NCBI GenBank assembly: GCA_020348925.1
Contig: CP070758.1
Location: 4,355,688 to 4,419,687, forward strand
DNA from: Gemmatimonadota bacterium
GTDB taxonomy: Bacteria > JBHIER01 > G020348925
Direction of reading: 5' to 3'
DNA length: 64,000 bases
In this document: positions 30,446-39,746 of the stretch, one piece after another
How positions within the stretch are numbered: the stretch's first letter is position 1
How the letters are laid out: each line of letters opens with the position of its first letter
Program-made: the position numbers and the translations under genes
The notes under the pieces: model-generated
Told to the model about the DNA's origin: nothing
The model's database searches: none
Seen by the model: only the letters and a program-made list of their open reading frames with translations

Positions 30446-31431
30446 GATTCGCCAATACATATTTTTTCATCCTTTTGCTGGTCATACCGCTTATTATATA
30501 CCGTTATTTCTACGTGAAAAGGGTGAAGGTGGGCAGCATTCGGTTCTCCGATCTGGGGACCGTCAAGCGGCTCAGGCGTTCCTTCTCGTTGAGGTTGCGG
30601 CACAGTCTGATCTTCCTGCGCGTCCTCGTCATTGCCTTGCTCGTTCTGGCTATGGCCCGGCCCCAAGCAGGGGAGAAGGACGAAGAGATATTGACCGAAG
30701 GTGTTGATATCATCCTGGCCATCGATGTCTCCAGCTCCATGAAGGCCGAGGACTTCAAGCCGAAGAACAGGCTTCATGTGGCCAAACAGGTCGTTGCAGA
30801 GTTTATCCGCGGGAGGAAGAACGATCGACTGGGCATGGTCGTCTTTGCCGCCAAGAGCTTCACTCAATGTCCTCTCACATTGGATTACGGCATCATTCTC
30901 AATTTTCTGGATCAGGTGGAAATCGGGATTATCGAGGACGGTACGGCCATCGGTATGGCCATTGCCACGTGCATCAACCGGTTACGAGATTCCGATGCCA
31001 AGAGCAAAGTGGTAATCCTGCTTACGGACGGGATCAACAATCGTGGTGAGATCGACCCGATCACGGCCGCCAAGACGGCCCAGGCCATGGACGTTAAGAT
31101 CTACACCATTGGGGCGGGCAAACGTGGTAATGCTCTCTATCCTGTTGATGATCCCATCTTTGGCCGGCGCTACGTCCGCATGCCGGTTGAGATCGACGAG
31201 GAGACCCTCCAGGAGATCGCACGCTTGACTGATGCAAAGTACTATCGCGCCACAGACGGTCAAGCTCTGGCTCAAATTTACAAGGAAATCGGTGAAATGG
31301 AAAAGACGGAGATCAAAACCAAGGAGTACGTCAGATATACGGAACTGTTCTGGTTCTTCCTCCTCCCGGCCATAGCCCTCCTTGGTTGTGAGATTGTTTT
31401 AGCCAATACACGTTTTCGAAAGATCCCGTGA
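30442..31431 (+). CDS. batA: BatA VWA protein
   Basis: ARPQ, MIDAS DVSSS, QCPLTLDY, DGTAIG and LLTDG motifs. Confidence 0.92.
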   Translation: MRFANTYFFILLLVIPLIIYRYFYVKRVKVGSIRFSDLGTVKRLRRSFSLRLRHSLIFLRVLVIALLVLAMARPQAGEKDEEILTEGVDIILAIDVSSSMKAEDFKPKNRLHVAKQVVAEFIRGRKNDRLGMVVFAAKSFTQCPLTLDYGIILNFLDQVEIGIIEDGTAIGMAIATCINRLRDSDAKSKVVILLTDGINNRGEIDPITAAKTAQAMDVKIYTIGAGKRGNALYPVDDPIFGRRYVRMPVEIDEETLQEIARLTDAKYYRATDGQALAQIYKEIGEMEKTEIKTKEYVRYTELFWFFLLPAIALLGCEIVLANTRFRKIP

Positions 31432-31438
31432 GGTTTAG

Positions 31439-32467
31439 ATGCGTTTTGCTTACTCACAGTACCTGAATTTGCTGCTTCTTCTCCCAATCTTCGTGGCATT
31501 TTACATTGTCGTTTTCAAGCAGAAACGGAAAGCATTGGAGCGCTTCGGCAACCTCGATCTCGTCACCAAGATGACGGCCTCGGTGAGCAGAAAAAGACAG
31601 GTGTTTAAAGTCTTTCTTATTTTAGTCAGTCTCTTCTTTCTCGTCCTGACCTTTGCCCGTCCCCAGTTCGGAGAGCGCTTGCAGATCATGAAGCGCCAGG
31701 GTATCGATCTCATGATTGCCCTCGATACATCCCTCAGCATGCTGGCCGAGGACATCAAGCCCAACCGGATGGAGCGGGCCAAACATGAGATCGCCAGTCT
31801 TATCGACAAGCTGCGGGGTGATCGGGTTGGGATCTTGGCCTTTGCCGGGGACGGCTTCGTCCAATGTCCGCTGACGACTGACTATGGTGCGGCGAAGATG
31901 TTTCTCGATGCCATGGACACGGATATGATTCCGGAACCCGGAACGGCCATCGGCACAGCCATTGAAAAGGCCCTCGAGGCCTTTGTCAAGCAGGAGCGAA
32001 AGCACAAGGTTCTTCTCCTTCTCACGGACGGCGAGGATCATGTCAGCGATCCCATCGGCGCAGCCAAGAAGGCTGCGGAGCAGGGCGTCCGCATCTACCC
32101 CATAGGTCTCGGCACTCGCAAGGGGGAGCCTATTCCCATTCGGGACTCTCGAGGCAATGTGGAGGAGTACAAGCGGGATCGGAAGGGAGAGGTCGTGATG
32201 ACGAAGCTGGACGAGTCGACATTACAGAAAATAGCGCTCCAGACCGATGGCAAATATTATCGCTCCACCATGGGCGAGGGTGAGCTGGATAAAATCTACG
32301 AGGACATCTCGAAGCTCGAAAAGAAGGAGTTCGAGGCAAAGGAGTTTACTCAATATGAAGATCGCTATCAATACTTTCTCATCTTTGCCATCGTTCTGTT
32401 GAGTTTGGAGGCTATTCTCACGGATCGGAGGAGAGTAAAAAAAGAATGGGGAGGACGGTTTGAATAG
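31439..32467 (+). CDS. batB: BatB VWA protein
   Basis: ARPQFG, DTSLSMLAEDIKPNR, QCPLTTDY, LTDGEDH and VMTKLDE motifs. Confidence 0.92.
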   Translation: MRFAYSQYLNLLLLLPIFVAFYIVVFKQKRKALERFGNLDLVTKMTASVSRKRQVFKVFLILVSLFFLVLTFARPQFGERLQIMKRQGIDLMIALDTSLSMLAEDIKPNRMERAKHEIASLIDKLRGDRVGILAFAGDGFVQCPLTTDYGAAKMFLDAMDTDMIPEPGTAIGTAIEKALEAFVKQERKHKVLLLLTDGEDHVSDPIGAAKKAAEQGVRIYPIGLGTRKGEPIPIRDSRGNVEEYKRDRKGEVVMTKLDESTLQKIALQTDGKYYRSTMGEGELDKIYEDISKLEKKEFEAKEFTQYEDRYQYFLIFAIVLLSLEAILTDRRRVKKEWGGRFE

Positions 32468-33245
32468 AACCATGTTACATGTTTCGTGTTCCTCGATCGG
32501 AACACTATGTGCCCAGATCCTTTTTTTTCTGCTGATTGCCCATGGGGTTTCGGCTGATGAGGTCGTAAAGAAAAACAGGGAAGGGATCGAGTTCTTCACC
32601 CAGGAGAAATATGAAGAAGCATTGGGAGCCTATCGCGACGCTCAATTGGAAGTACCGGAATCTCCTGAGCTCCATTTCAACATCGGCGATGTCCTGTATA
32701 AGCAGAAAAAGTACGAAGAGGCTCAAGAGGAATACTTGAAAGCACTCCTGACAGAGGATGCCCTGCTGCAATCGCAAGTCTTTTATAATATAGGCAATTG
32801 TCAATTTCGATTGAATAAGCTGGTTGAGTCCATCGATTCCTACAAGAAAACCCTCGAAATCAATCCGGACGATATGGATGCCAAACACAATCTGGAGTTC
32901 GTCCGGAATAAGTTGAAGGAGATGGCCGAGCAACAGCAGCAACAGGCCCAGCAGCAGCAACAACAACAGCAAGGGGATGAGCAACAGCAACAGGAGCAAC
33001 AGAACCAGCAGCAGCAGCAACAGGAAGGGCAGGAGCAACAAGAACAACAGCAACAACTGGGAGAGGAGCAACAGGAGGAGGGAGAAGAACAACAGCAGCA
33101 GCAAGCCCAAAAAATTGAGGGTGAGATGACCGAGGAAGAAGCCCAGCGTATCCTGGATGCCCTCAAGGATGATGAGGAGGAGGTACAGAAAGAGATTCGG
33201 AGAAAGCAGAGCTCCGGGAAGAAACGAGTGGAGAAGGACTGGTGA
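32460..33245 (+). CDS. batC: BatC TPR protein with Gln/Glu-rich linker
   Basis: TPRs (FNIG, YNIGN, NPDDMDAKHNLE), poly-Q/E tract, MTEEEAQRILDAL, terminal EKDW. Confidence 0.9.
   Translation: MNRTMLHVSCSSIGTLCAQILFFLLIAHGVSADEVVKKNREGIEFFTQEKYEEALGAYRDAQLEVPESPELHFNIGDVLYKQKKYEEAQEEYLKALLTEDALLQSQVFYNIGNCQFRLNKLVESIDSYKKTLEINPDDMDAKHNLEFVRNKLKEMAEQQQQQAQQQQQQQQGDEQQQQEQQNQQQQQQEGQEQQEQQQQLGEEQQEEGEEQQQQQAQKIEGEMTEEEAQRILDALKDDEEEVQKEIRRKQSSGKKRVEKDW
32931..33110 (+). repeat. CAG/CAA low-complexity tract encoding poly-Gln/Glu
   Basis: Mixed CAG/CAA/GAG codons over about 60 codons. Confidence 0.9.
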
Positions 33246-33317
33246 GTCGGTTAGACGAATACGTTTTTGGGGTTTTTCACTTTTCGATTATTAGATATTT
33301 TGACTCTTAAGATTCTG

Positions 33318-35141
33318 ATGAAGCGAACATTACTAACATTGTTGTCCATACACTTGTTGACCGTATCAATCGTATTTGGAGAGGATCTCTCGCTGACGGC
33401 TTCCGTCGACAGAACGAGAGTGGGCGTTGAGGACCAGTTGATTCTGACCATTTCCGCCAGCGGAAGTGGTTTTGATCAGTTATCCGAACCTGAGCTTCCA
33501 GCAATGGATAATTTCGTAATCGTCGGCTCTCACGAATCCAGTTCCTCCCAGTTCAGCATAGTCAACGGCAAGGTTTCCTCGACGAAAACGATAGATTTTA
33601 TCTATTATCTTTCACCTCGCCAGCCCGGAACATGGAAGATCGGTTCGGCAAAGCTCAAGTACAAGGGCAAGATATACACCACCGAGAGGATTGATATCGA
33701 GGTTGTGACAGGTTCTGTCCAGCAGAGGCGCCAGACCAGGCAACAACCAACATGTCGATCACCCCGGTCACAGCAGGGACAGAAGGTTGACATAAGTGGC
33801 AAACTCTTTGTCAAGGCAATCGTTGAAAAAGAAGAGGCCTTTGTCGGCGAACAGATCACTGTGACTTTCAATCTCTATAAGCGTATCGGACTGTCTGACG
33901 TCAGCTATCAAAGTATACCTTCCTTCACAAACTTTTGGGTGGAGAACCTCTACGATGCAAAACAGCTCAAGTTTAATGCCGAAGTCGTCCAAGGCGTTCG
34001 CTATGATGTGGCAACCTTAAAGAGATTGGCCCTGTTCCCAACCACAGATGGGACCTTCACCGTAGAGCCTCTGTCCCTCTCGTGTGAGGTGCAGGTGCGA
34101 AGCCACGACATCTTTAACCGTTTCTTCGGTCGAGCACAACCGGTCACGATCAAGACCGATCCCATATCCATAACAGTCCAACCTCTCCCCCCAGATCCCC
34201 CTCCCGGTTTCGCAGGGGCAGTCGGAGATTTCAACATCTCAGCTTCGGTGGACAAAATTCAGGTGAAGGCCAACCAGCCCATAACCCTGATTGTGCGGAT
34301 TTCAGGTACAGGAAATATCAGGACGTTGCCCAATCCAACATTGCCTCCGTTATCGGACTTCAAAAGATTCGATTCCGAAAGTACCGAGAACACCTCATCC
34401 ACCCAGAACATACTGAAGGGCTCGAAAACATTTAAATACGTTCTTATTCCGAGAGCGGAGGGCAAATACACGATCGATCCTGTTTCTCTCACCTTTTTTG
34501 ATCCGAAGGCGAAGAGTTATCGATCCGTCAAAACACGTCCTCTAACAATAATAGCCACTCCCGGGGAAGCCGAAGAGGAGCCGGTCGCCTACGGTTTGTC
34601 CAGATCCGAGATTGAGGTTGTGGGAACGGACATTCGTTACATCAAACCCAACATGGCAAGTCTCGAGAATCAGGGAAGATTCCTGTATCAGAGTACGTGG
34701 TTTCAACTCATACAGCTAATGCCACTCTTTGCAATTGCCCTTGCACTCATCTACAGAAGGCACGCGGATCGCATCAACCAGGATGTCCGGTACGCTCGGT
34801 TGCGTCGGGCACATCGCAGGGCTCAGCAGCGTTTGAAGGAGGCCAGCGGTCTCATAGAGAAAGAGTCTCCGGAGGCGTTCTACGCTTGTGTGTCAAAAGC
34901 TGTGACTGATTATGTTGGCGATAAGCTCAATATCTCAGCCACAGGAACTACGACGGACCAGATTGCCGAGGAGCTGGAAAAGAAGGGTGTGTCCGAAGAG
35001 GTGAAGCAGGGGTTGATCTCATGTCTCAAAGAGTGCGATTTCTACCGGTTCGCCCCTTCGGATCGCTCGGTGAACGACATCCGCGAAGTGCTGAATTCGG
35101 CCCAAACAGTGATCAAGATGATGGAAAAAGAGAAGGTCTAA
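33318..35141 (+). CDS. batD: BatD
   Basis: ASVDRTRVGVED, FVGEQI, FAGAVGDF, ISGTGNI and FFDP..KSY motifs. Confidence 0.9.
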   Translation: MKRTLLTLLSIHLLTVSIVFGEDLSLTASVDRTRVGVEDQLILTISASGSGFDQLSEPELPAMDNFVIVGSHESSSSQFSIVNGKVSSTKTIDFIYYLSPRQPGTWKIGSAKLKYKGKIYTTERIDIEVVTGSVQQRRQTRQQPTCRSPRSQQGQKVDISGKLFVKAIVEKEEAFVGEQITVTFNLYKRIGLSDVSYQSIPSFTNFWVENLYDAKQLKFNAEVVQGVRYDVATLKRLALFPTTDGTFTVEPLSLSCEVQVRSHDIFNRFFGRAQPVTIKTDPISITVQPLPPDPPPGFAGAVGDFNISASVDKIQVKANQPITLIVRISGTGNIRTLPNPTLPPLSDFKRFDSESTENTSSTQNILKGSKTFKYVLIPRAEGKYTIDPVSLTFFDPKAKSYRSVKTRPLTIIATPGEAEEEPVAYGLSRSEIEVVGTDIRYIKPNMASLENQGRFLYQSTWFQLIQLMPLFAIALALIYRRHADRINQDVRYARLRRAHRRAQQRLKEASGLIEKESPEAFYACVSKAVTDYVGDKLNISATGTTTDQIAEELEKKGVSEEVKQGLISCLKECDFYRFAPSDRSVNDIREVLNSAQTVIKMMEKEKV

Positions 35142-35968
35142 TGGAGACGACGAAGACGGTGCACCTTTATTCCATACCTCTCCGAAAGAATATCGTATCT
35201 CTCCTCTTCATCAATACTCTCTTCACATTTGTAACCATCCTCATTTCCCTCAATTCCACCTATGCCGAAACGGCGGCTACCCGGTTATTCAACAAGGCCA
35301 ATCAACTCTATGAGGAGGGAAAGTACGAGGAGGCTATTGTCGAATACGAGCGGATCACTGGGTCAGGCATAGAGAATGGGTATGTCTATTACAACCTCGG
35401 TAATGCTTATTTTAACAATAAGCAGTTGGGACGGGCCATTCTCTCTTTCGAGCGGGCCAGGCGGCTCCTGCCCAGGGATGAGGACATCAAAGCCAACCTG
35501 GAGCACGTCAAACTGTTGACAGTGGACAAGATTGAGACGCCCAAGCCGGGCTGGATCGCACAACTCATCATAGGTCTTCACAATCTCTTCAGCCTCGTGG
35601 AGGTCACCGTCATCGTCTGGATTCTATACATAACTCTCTGTCTCATGATCGTCCTTTTCATCTTGTCACAAAGCCCCAGAATGAGAAGCACACTACTTCA
35701 CACAGGGGCTGTAGCTCTTGCCTTGCTTATTCTGACCGGTGGTTCTCTTTTCTTCAAGGTACGAGCAGCCGAGTCAACGGAGATTGCGGTTGTTATGGCC
35801 CCCAAGGTTGATGCGCGGAGCGGACCTGGGGACGAGTACACCAAGATGTTTACGCTTCATGAGGGGACCAAAGTGAAAATCCGGCAGAGCCGTGAGGGCT
35901 GGCATCTCATCAGCATCCCCGGCGGGACGGGCGGGTGGATCGAGGCGGAGACGGTTGAGAGGATTTAA
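35141..35968 (+). CDS. batE: BatE (TPR + TM + SH3b)
   Basis: FNKANQLY, YYNLGNAY, GRAILSFERA and RSGPG...LHEGTKV...GWI motifs; TAATG coupling with batD. Confidence 0.9.
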   Translation: METTKTVHLYSIPLRKNIVSLLFINTLFTFVTILISLNSTYAETAATRLFNKANQLYEEGKYEEAIVEYERITGSGIENGYVYYNLGNAYFNNKQLGRAILSFERARRLLPRDEDIKANLEHVKLLTVDKIETPKPGWIAQLIIGLHNLFSLVEVTVIVWILYITLCLMIVLFILSQSPRMRSTLLHTGAVALALLILTGGSLFFKVRAAESTEIAVVMAPKVDARSGPGDEYTKMFTLHEGTKVKIRQSREGWHLISIPGGTGGWIEAETVERI

Positions 35969-36050
35969 TCTTTACGGTATAATTTTGATTCTCCAGTCAT
36001 CTTCGAATATTTTTTACTCATCCCTCAATACGATCCTGATATCTCATGCT

Positions 36051-36201
36051 GTCATTGCGAGCCCTGAATCGCATTTGATTCGTGTTGAATCCTGACCTCA
36101 ATTATTCAGGGCGTGGCAATCTCCAATTCATAAAAATATCTTTCTCTCGCTCCCAAACTCACATTTGGGGAACGGACGTTGACCAGGAAACTCCGTTTCC
36201 C
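36051..36201. repeat. Composite REP-like element (module A inverted + module B)
   Basis: GTCATTGCGAG...CGTGGCAATCTC, then CTCGCTCCCAAACTC..TTTGGGGAACG..GGAAACTCCGTTTCC; related to the elements at 41506 and 43771. Confidence 0.7.
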
Positions 36202-36245
36202 GATATCTTTTTGTTTCTAAATTCCACAAATAATGTGATGTTGTA

Positions 36246-37430
36246 CTACCCGGCCACGAAGGCGCAGAGTTGGGCGCAGAGCAGAGCGGCGTACGTTCCG
36301 ATCAACATGCCCAGGACCGCCATGAGGAGACCGACCGGAGCCAGGGCCGACTGGTAGACCGAGGCCGTAATGGGACCGGTCGACGTGCCGCCGATGTTGG
36401 CCATGGAGCCGGTGGCGAAAAAGAAGACCGGTGCACGCAGAAGCCGGGCTGCGGCCGCCAGGAACAAGGCGTGGATGACTATCCAGACGATCCCGGCGGC
36501 GAAAAAAACCGGCGCGTCGAGCACGGCCCGCATGTCGGCGCGTGCGCCAATGGAGGCCAAGACAATATAAATCCCCATATACCCCAACCGGGATGCCCCA
36601 CCCTCCTCGAGCCTTCTGAAAGGAGTGAAGGAGAGCATCATACCGATGGCAGTCACCAAAATTATGGTCCAGGTAAAGGAGCCTATGATCTGACCCATTT
36701 CCGGAAACAGATCACCCAACCACAAACACAGGCGACCGAGGCCAAAGGCCACGGCCAGTATATAGGCCAGATCGCGGACGGTTATGGGACGGCTGTGCTC
36801 CTTGCGGATGGTATCCAACCGGGTGTTAAGAGCATCTATGAAGGATCGATCGGAGGAGAGACGGCGGTCGATGGCATCCTGAAAGGTCGAGAGGTAAATC
36901 AGGAATCCGAACCAGGCGTAGCCGACCACTGTATCGACGACGATGAGGGGGGCCAGAAGGTCCGGCGGCGTCCCGATCCCCTCGGCCACGGCCATCATGT
37001 TGACGCTGCCGCCTATCCAGCTTCCGGCTAAGGCTCCCAGGCCTTTCCACGCCCCTTCGGGAAGCCACCTCTGGAACAACCACAGGGTGACCGGCCCGCC
37101 GATGATGATTCCGACGCTGCCTGCCAACATCATCGTGATCGCTTTTCCCCCCAACCTCAGGATCGCCGGAATATCTGTGACCATGATAAGCAGCAACAAG
37201 CTGGCCGGTAAAAGATTGTGCGTGATCCAGGTGTAAGCCGGGGACGAGCTGGGAAGGATGCCTGCGGTGGAGCAGATCATGGGCAGGAAGTAGGCCCAGG
37301 ATATGGGCGGAATGTAGCGGAACACTCCGGCCAGGCGTCGGAGCCCGGCGAGGAAGAAGATCAGACCGATAAGTACGACGAGGGCGGTTGCAACTCCAGT
37401 CGGGTCGTCCAGGAACCGCAATTGAGACAT
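36246..37430 (-). CDS. DUF819 family membrane protein
   Basis: ALAGSWIGGSVNM, GSMANIGG and LAPVGLLMAVLG..GTY motifs. Confidence 0.88.
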   Translation of the reverse strand: MSQLRFLDDPTGVATALVVLIGLIFFLAGLRRLAGVFRYIPPISWAYFLPMICSTAGILPSSSPAYTWITHNLLPASLLLLIMVTDIPAILRLGGKAITMMLAGSVGIIIGGPVTLWLFQRWLPEGAWKGLGALAGSWIGGSVNMMAVAEGIGTPPDLLAPLIVVDTVVGYAWFGFLIYLSTFQDAIDRRLSSDRSFIDALNTRLDTIRKEHSRPITVRDLAYILAVAFGLGRLCLWLGDLFPEMGQIIGSFTWTIILVTAIGMMLSFTPFRRLEEGGASRLGYMGIYIVLASIGARADMRAVLDAPVFFAAGIVWIVIHALFLAAAARLLRAPVFFFATGSMANIGGTSTGPITASVYQSALAPVGLLMAVLGMLIGTYAALLCAQLCAFVAG

Positions 37431-37455
37431 CGGGTAACCTTTCAAAGAAAGCTAC

Positions 37456-37559
37456 ACACAAGGGGACACCTTACCAATTTCATTTCAACTTCCATGAATC
37501 AAAACTAACCGAACACATTCACAGAGCCAAGAAATAAATATGGTATCCCTGTGTTTTCA
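37456..37559. repeat. MITE/REP-pair element, GGGGACACC family (copy 1)
   Basis: Ends GGGGACACCTTACCAATTTC and GAAATAAATATGGTATCCC; core shared with 39100-39197. Confidence 0.7.
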
Positions 37560-37566
37560 GTATTAT

Positions 37567-39054
37567 TTAATTTCTACGGGTTGATCCCAAGCTTGACGTA
37601 CTGGTTCGTTCGCCCGAGATCCTCCAGGCAGGGCTTGCATTCAGGGTGATTCCTATGGGACGGGCCCGATCGTCCAATTCGAACAAAACCGGAATCTCCA
37701 TGTCCTCCACGAGAAACTCCGTCGGTGAACGAGGGATGAGATAGAACTTTTGACCGAGGTTGTCGATCATGAGTAGTCGGCGTCGGTCCACCTCGATCCG
37801 CACCCTCTGTCCGATCATGTCTCCGATGACATAGGGAATGGTGCTCGCGAAGATCTCTTCGTTGTCGAATCGGAACGATTCTTCATAATCCTCGAAGCTA
37901 ATGGGAAAGTCCGGCTCAGCCATAGGCCTGTCCGGTTGAATCTGAAGGGGAACGAGGTGGGGCTGTGGACTGGGCGGTGAGTCTTTCGCCTCCAGGATCG
38001 CGTCGATGAGTTGGAGAAGCCTGGTCCTGTCCGTACCCTCTCCCAGGTAGGTATTGGACCGGTTCACGAAAACCATGTTCTCTTTAGGCAGGACAGCGAT
38101 CATGTGTCCGCCGTAGCCCAGAGCTGAGTACATGCCGAACTTTCTGTCCCTCTCGTCGACGTTCACCCACCACATGTAGCCGTAGCCCTCTCCTTCCCTC
38201 TGGGGCACCTTCGAGTATGCGCGCCGGCTCGCGCCCACCCATTTTTCCGGGATAATAGACAGGTTCTTCCATCTTCCGTTTCGAAGAAAGAGCAGTCCGA
38301 AACGGGCCATATCGCGGGCCGACATCCGGAAAGGATAGGCCGGAAGGATGGAGAGCTGTTTTTCCAGATGGTAGTACGTGTCCATGAGCCGGAAATCTTC
38401 CATCCTTAGTGGATCGGCTATGCGCCTTTTAAACTCCGCAAACATACCCGCTCTGGTTTCCTGTTCGAAGATCGTGCAGAGCGTATTGAAATCCCAGTTG
38501 TTGTAGTACCAGAATTCGCCCGGTTTCTTGCTGCCCCGCTCAGGTCGCTGCTCTTTCATCTTGGGTGTTTCATAGGCTGCGGCGTGGTAGACCCCGGATC
38601 GCGACTGAAGCAGGTCGATGATACGGGCCTGCTTTTCATCTTTCGTCAGGGGTGGTTCGTCGTCGATGTTCAGCTCCTCGAGGGTTTTTTCAAGATCGAT
38701 CCGCCCCTCGTTAACGTGTATGCCGATGAGGGCGCTGAGAAAGCTCTTGCGGACCGAGTGGCACATGTAGCGCCTTGAGATGTCGCCCCAGGCGACGAGG
38801 ACGGCACCGTCGTACACGACGAGGAACGCGTCGGAGTCGCTCTCGTCGTAAAGCTCCTTCGCCTTAGAGAGCTTAAACGAGGACCATCCGGCCTCTTCCG
38901 CCGTGGTGTACATCCCCCATGTGGTGCCGGGGAATCGCGCCTCTTTGCTTGTCCGGACGACGCACGAGACCAGTATCGAGAAAGCGAGTGTGATGAGAAG
39001 GCTGATGTAGTATAGTCGGCGAAGGGGCGTTTCTCTGTTTTGGGACTTCTTCAT
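37567..39054 (-). CDS. Serine hydrolase, beta-lactamase class C-like (probable lipoprotein)
   Basis: SVRK (SxxK), YYNN, MSARDMARFGLLFL, YGYMWW and ALGYGG motifs; LVSC lipobox. Confidence 0.9.
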   Translation of the reverse strand: MKKSQNRETPLRRLYYISLLITLAFSILVSCVVRTSKEARFPGTTWGMYTTAEEAGWSSFKLSKAKELYDESDSDAFLVVYDGAVLVAWGDISRRYMCHSVRKSFLSALIGIHVNEGRIDLEKTLEELNIDDEPPLTKDEKQARIIDLLQSRSGVYHAAAYETPKMKEQRPERGSKKPGEFWYYNNWDFNTLCTIFEQETRAGMFAEFKRRIADPLRMEDFRLMDTYYHLEKQLSILPAYPFRMSARDMARFGLLFLRNGRWKNLSIIPEKWVGASRRAYSKVPQREGEGYGYMWWVNVDERDRKFGMYSALGYGGHMIAVLPKENMVFVNRSNTYLGEGTDRTRLLQLIDAILEAKDSPPSPQPHLVPLQIQPDRPMAEPDFPISFEDYEESFRFDNEEIFASTIPYVIGDMIGQRVRIEVDRRRLLMIDNLGQKFYLIPRSPTEFLVEDMEIPVLFELDDRARPIGITLNASPAWRISGERTSTSSLGSTRRN

Positions 39055-39099
39055 GTATACCTCTTCGAAGACAAAATGAGAGTTATTGCCTCACACTAT

Positions 39100-39197
39100 G
39101 AAATATAAAGACACCTCTTTTTCCATCTTCCAAGAGTCAAAACTAACCCAACAACTTCTCAGAGCCAAGAAATAAGTATGGTATCCCCATATTTTCA
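39100..39197. repeat. MITE/REP-pair element, GGGGACACC family (copy 2)
   Basis: TCAAAACTAACC...CAGAGCCAAGAAATAAGTATGGTATCCC, a direct repeat of copy 1. Confidence 0.7.
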
Positions 39198-39337
39198 ATA
39201 AGCTCACAGATGCTTCTCCCCTTACAAATGATATTAGCCCCTAAACCATGCTCAGGGCAACGAAGTGCCTCCAGTTTCATTATTTTTTTCTTTATATCAT
39301 CTGCTATATTTTCTTTTAATATTTGTGCCGATGAATC

Positions 39338-39625
39338 GGTAGTGTAAATTAAAGTTCGCAATTTTAGTTCTTTGAAAAGAGCAAAGGCCATCGTAAACTC
39401 CTATGGTTAAGCAAAACCTTGAAAGGAGGTTACTAATGACCCTGCCACAGCAAGTTACGAAATTTTTCCAGTCGAAGGTAGCAGAATTTTTCTGTAGTGA
39501 AGATCCCATGTATGAGATGCTCTCCTGGTTACTGTACCAGTTTATGAAGGCTGAGGCTGAGTCAAAGGTTGGTGCTGAGAAAAACCAGCGCAGTATAGGG
39601 CGTAAAACCTACTTCAGTGGCTATA
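39338..39625 (+). mobile_element. IS256-family relic: left end plus truncated transposase N-terminus
   Basis: Peptide EDPMYEMLSWLLYQFMKAEAESKVGAEKNQRSIGRKTYFSGY; end-like GGTAGTGTAAATTAAAGTTCGCA; AGGAGG RBS. Confidence 0.7.
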
Positions 39626-39735
39626 AAATAAGGGAACACCATACCTATTTTATGTATGCTTCTTCTTTCTCCCAACCTTTAAACGAAACGTACAGCGAAC
39701 CAACGTTAAAAAATAAGTATGTTGTCCCCTTATTT
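39626..39735. repeat. MITE-like element with 26-bp terminal inverted repeats
   Basis: AAATAAGGGAACACCATACCTATTTT versus AAAATAAGTATGTTGTCCCCTTATTT (23/26 complementary). Confidence 0.75.
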
Positions 39736-39746
39736 CCATTTTTCTA

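Noticed and set aside
32505-33166. Poly-Leu and poly-Cys antisense ORFs
   Set aside because: Shadows of the batC CAG/CAA tract; a Q-rich linker is normal for BatC
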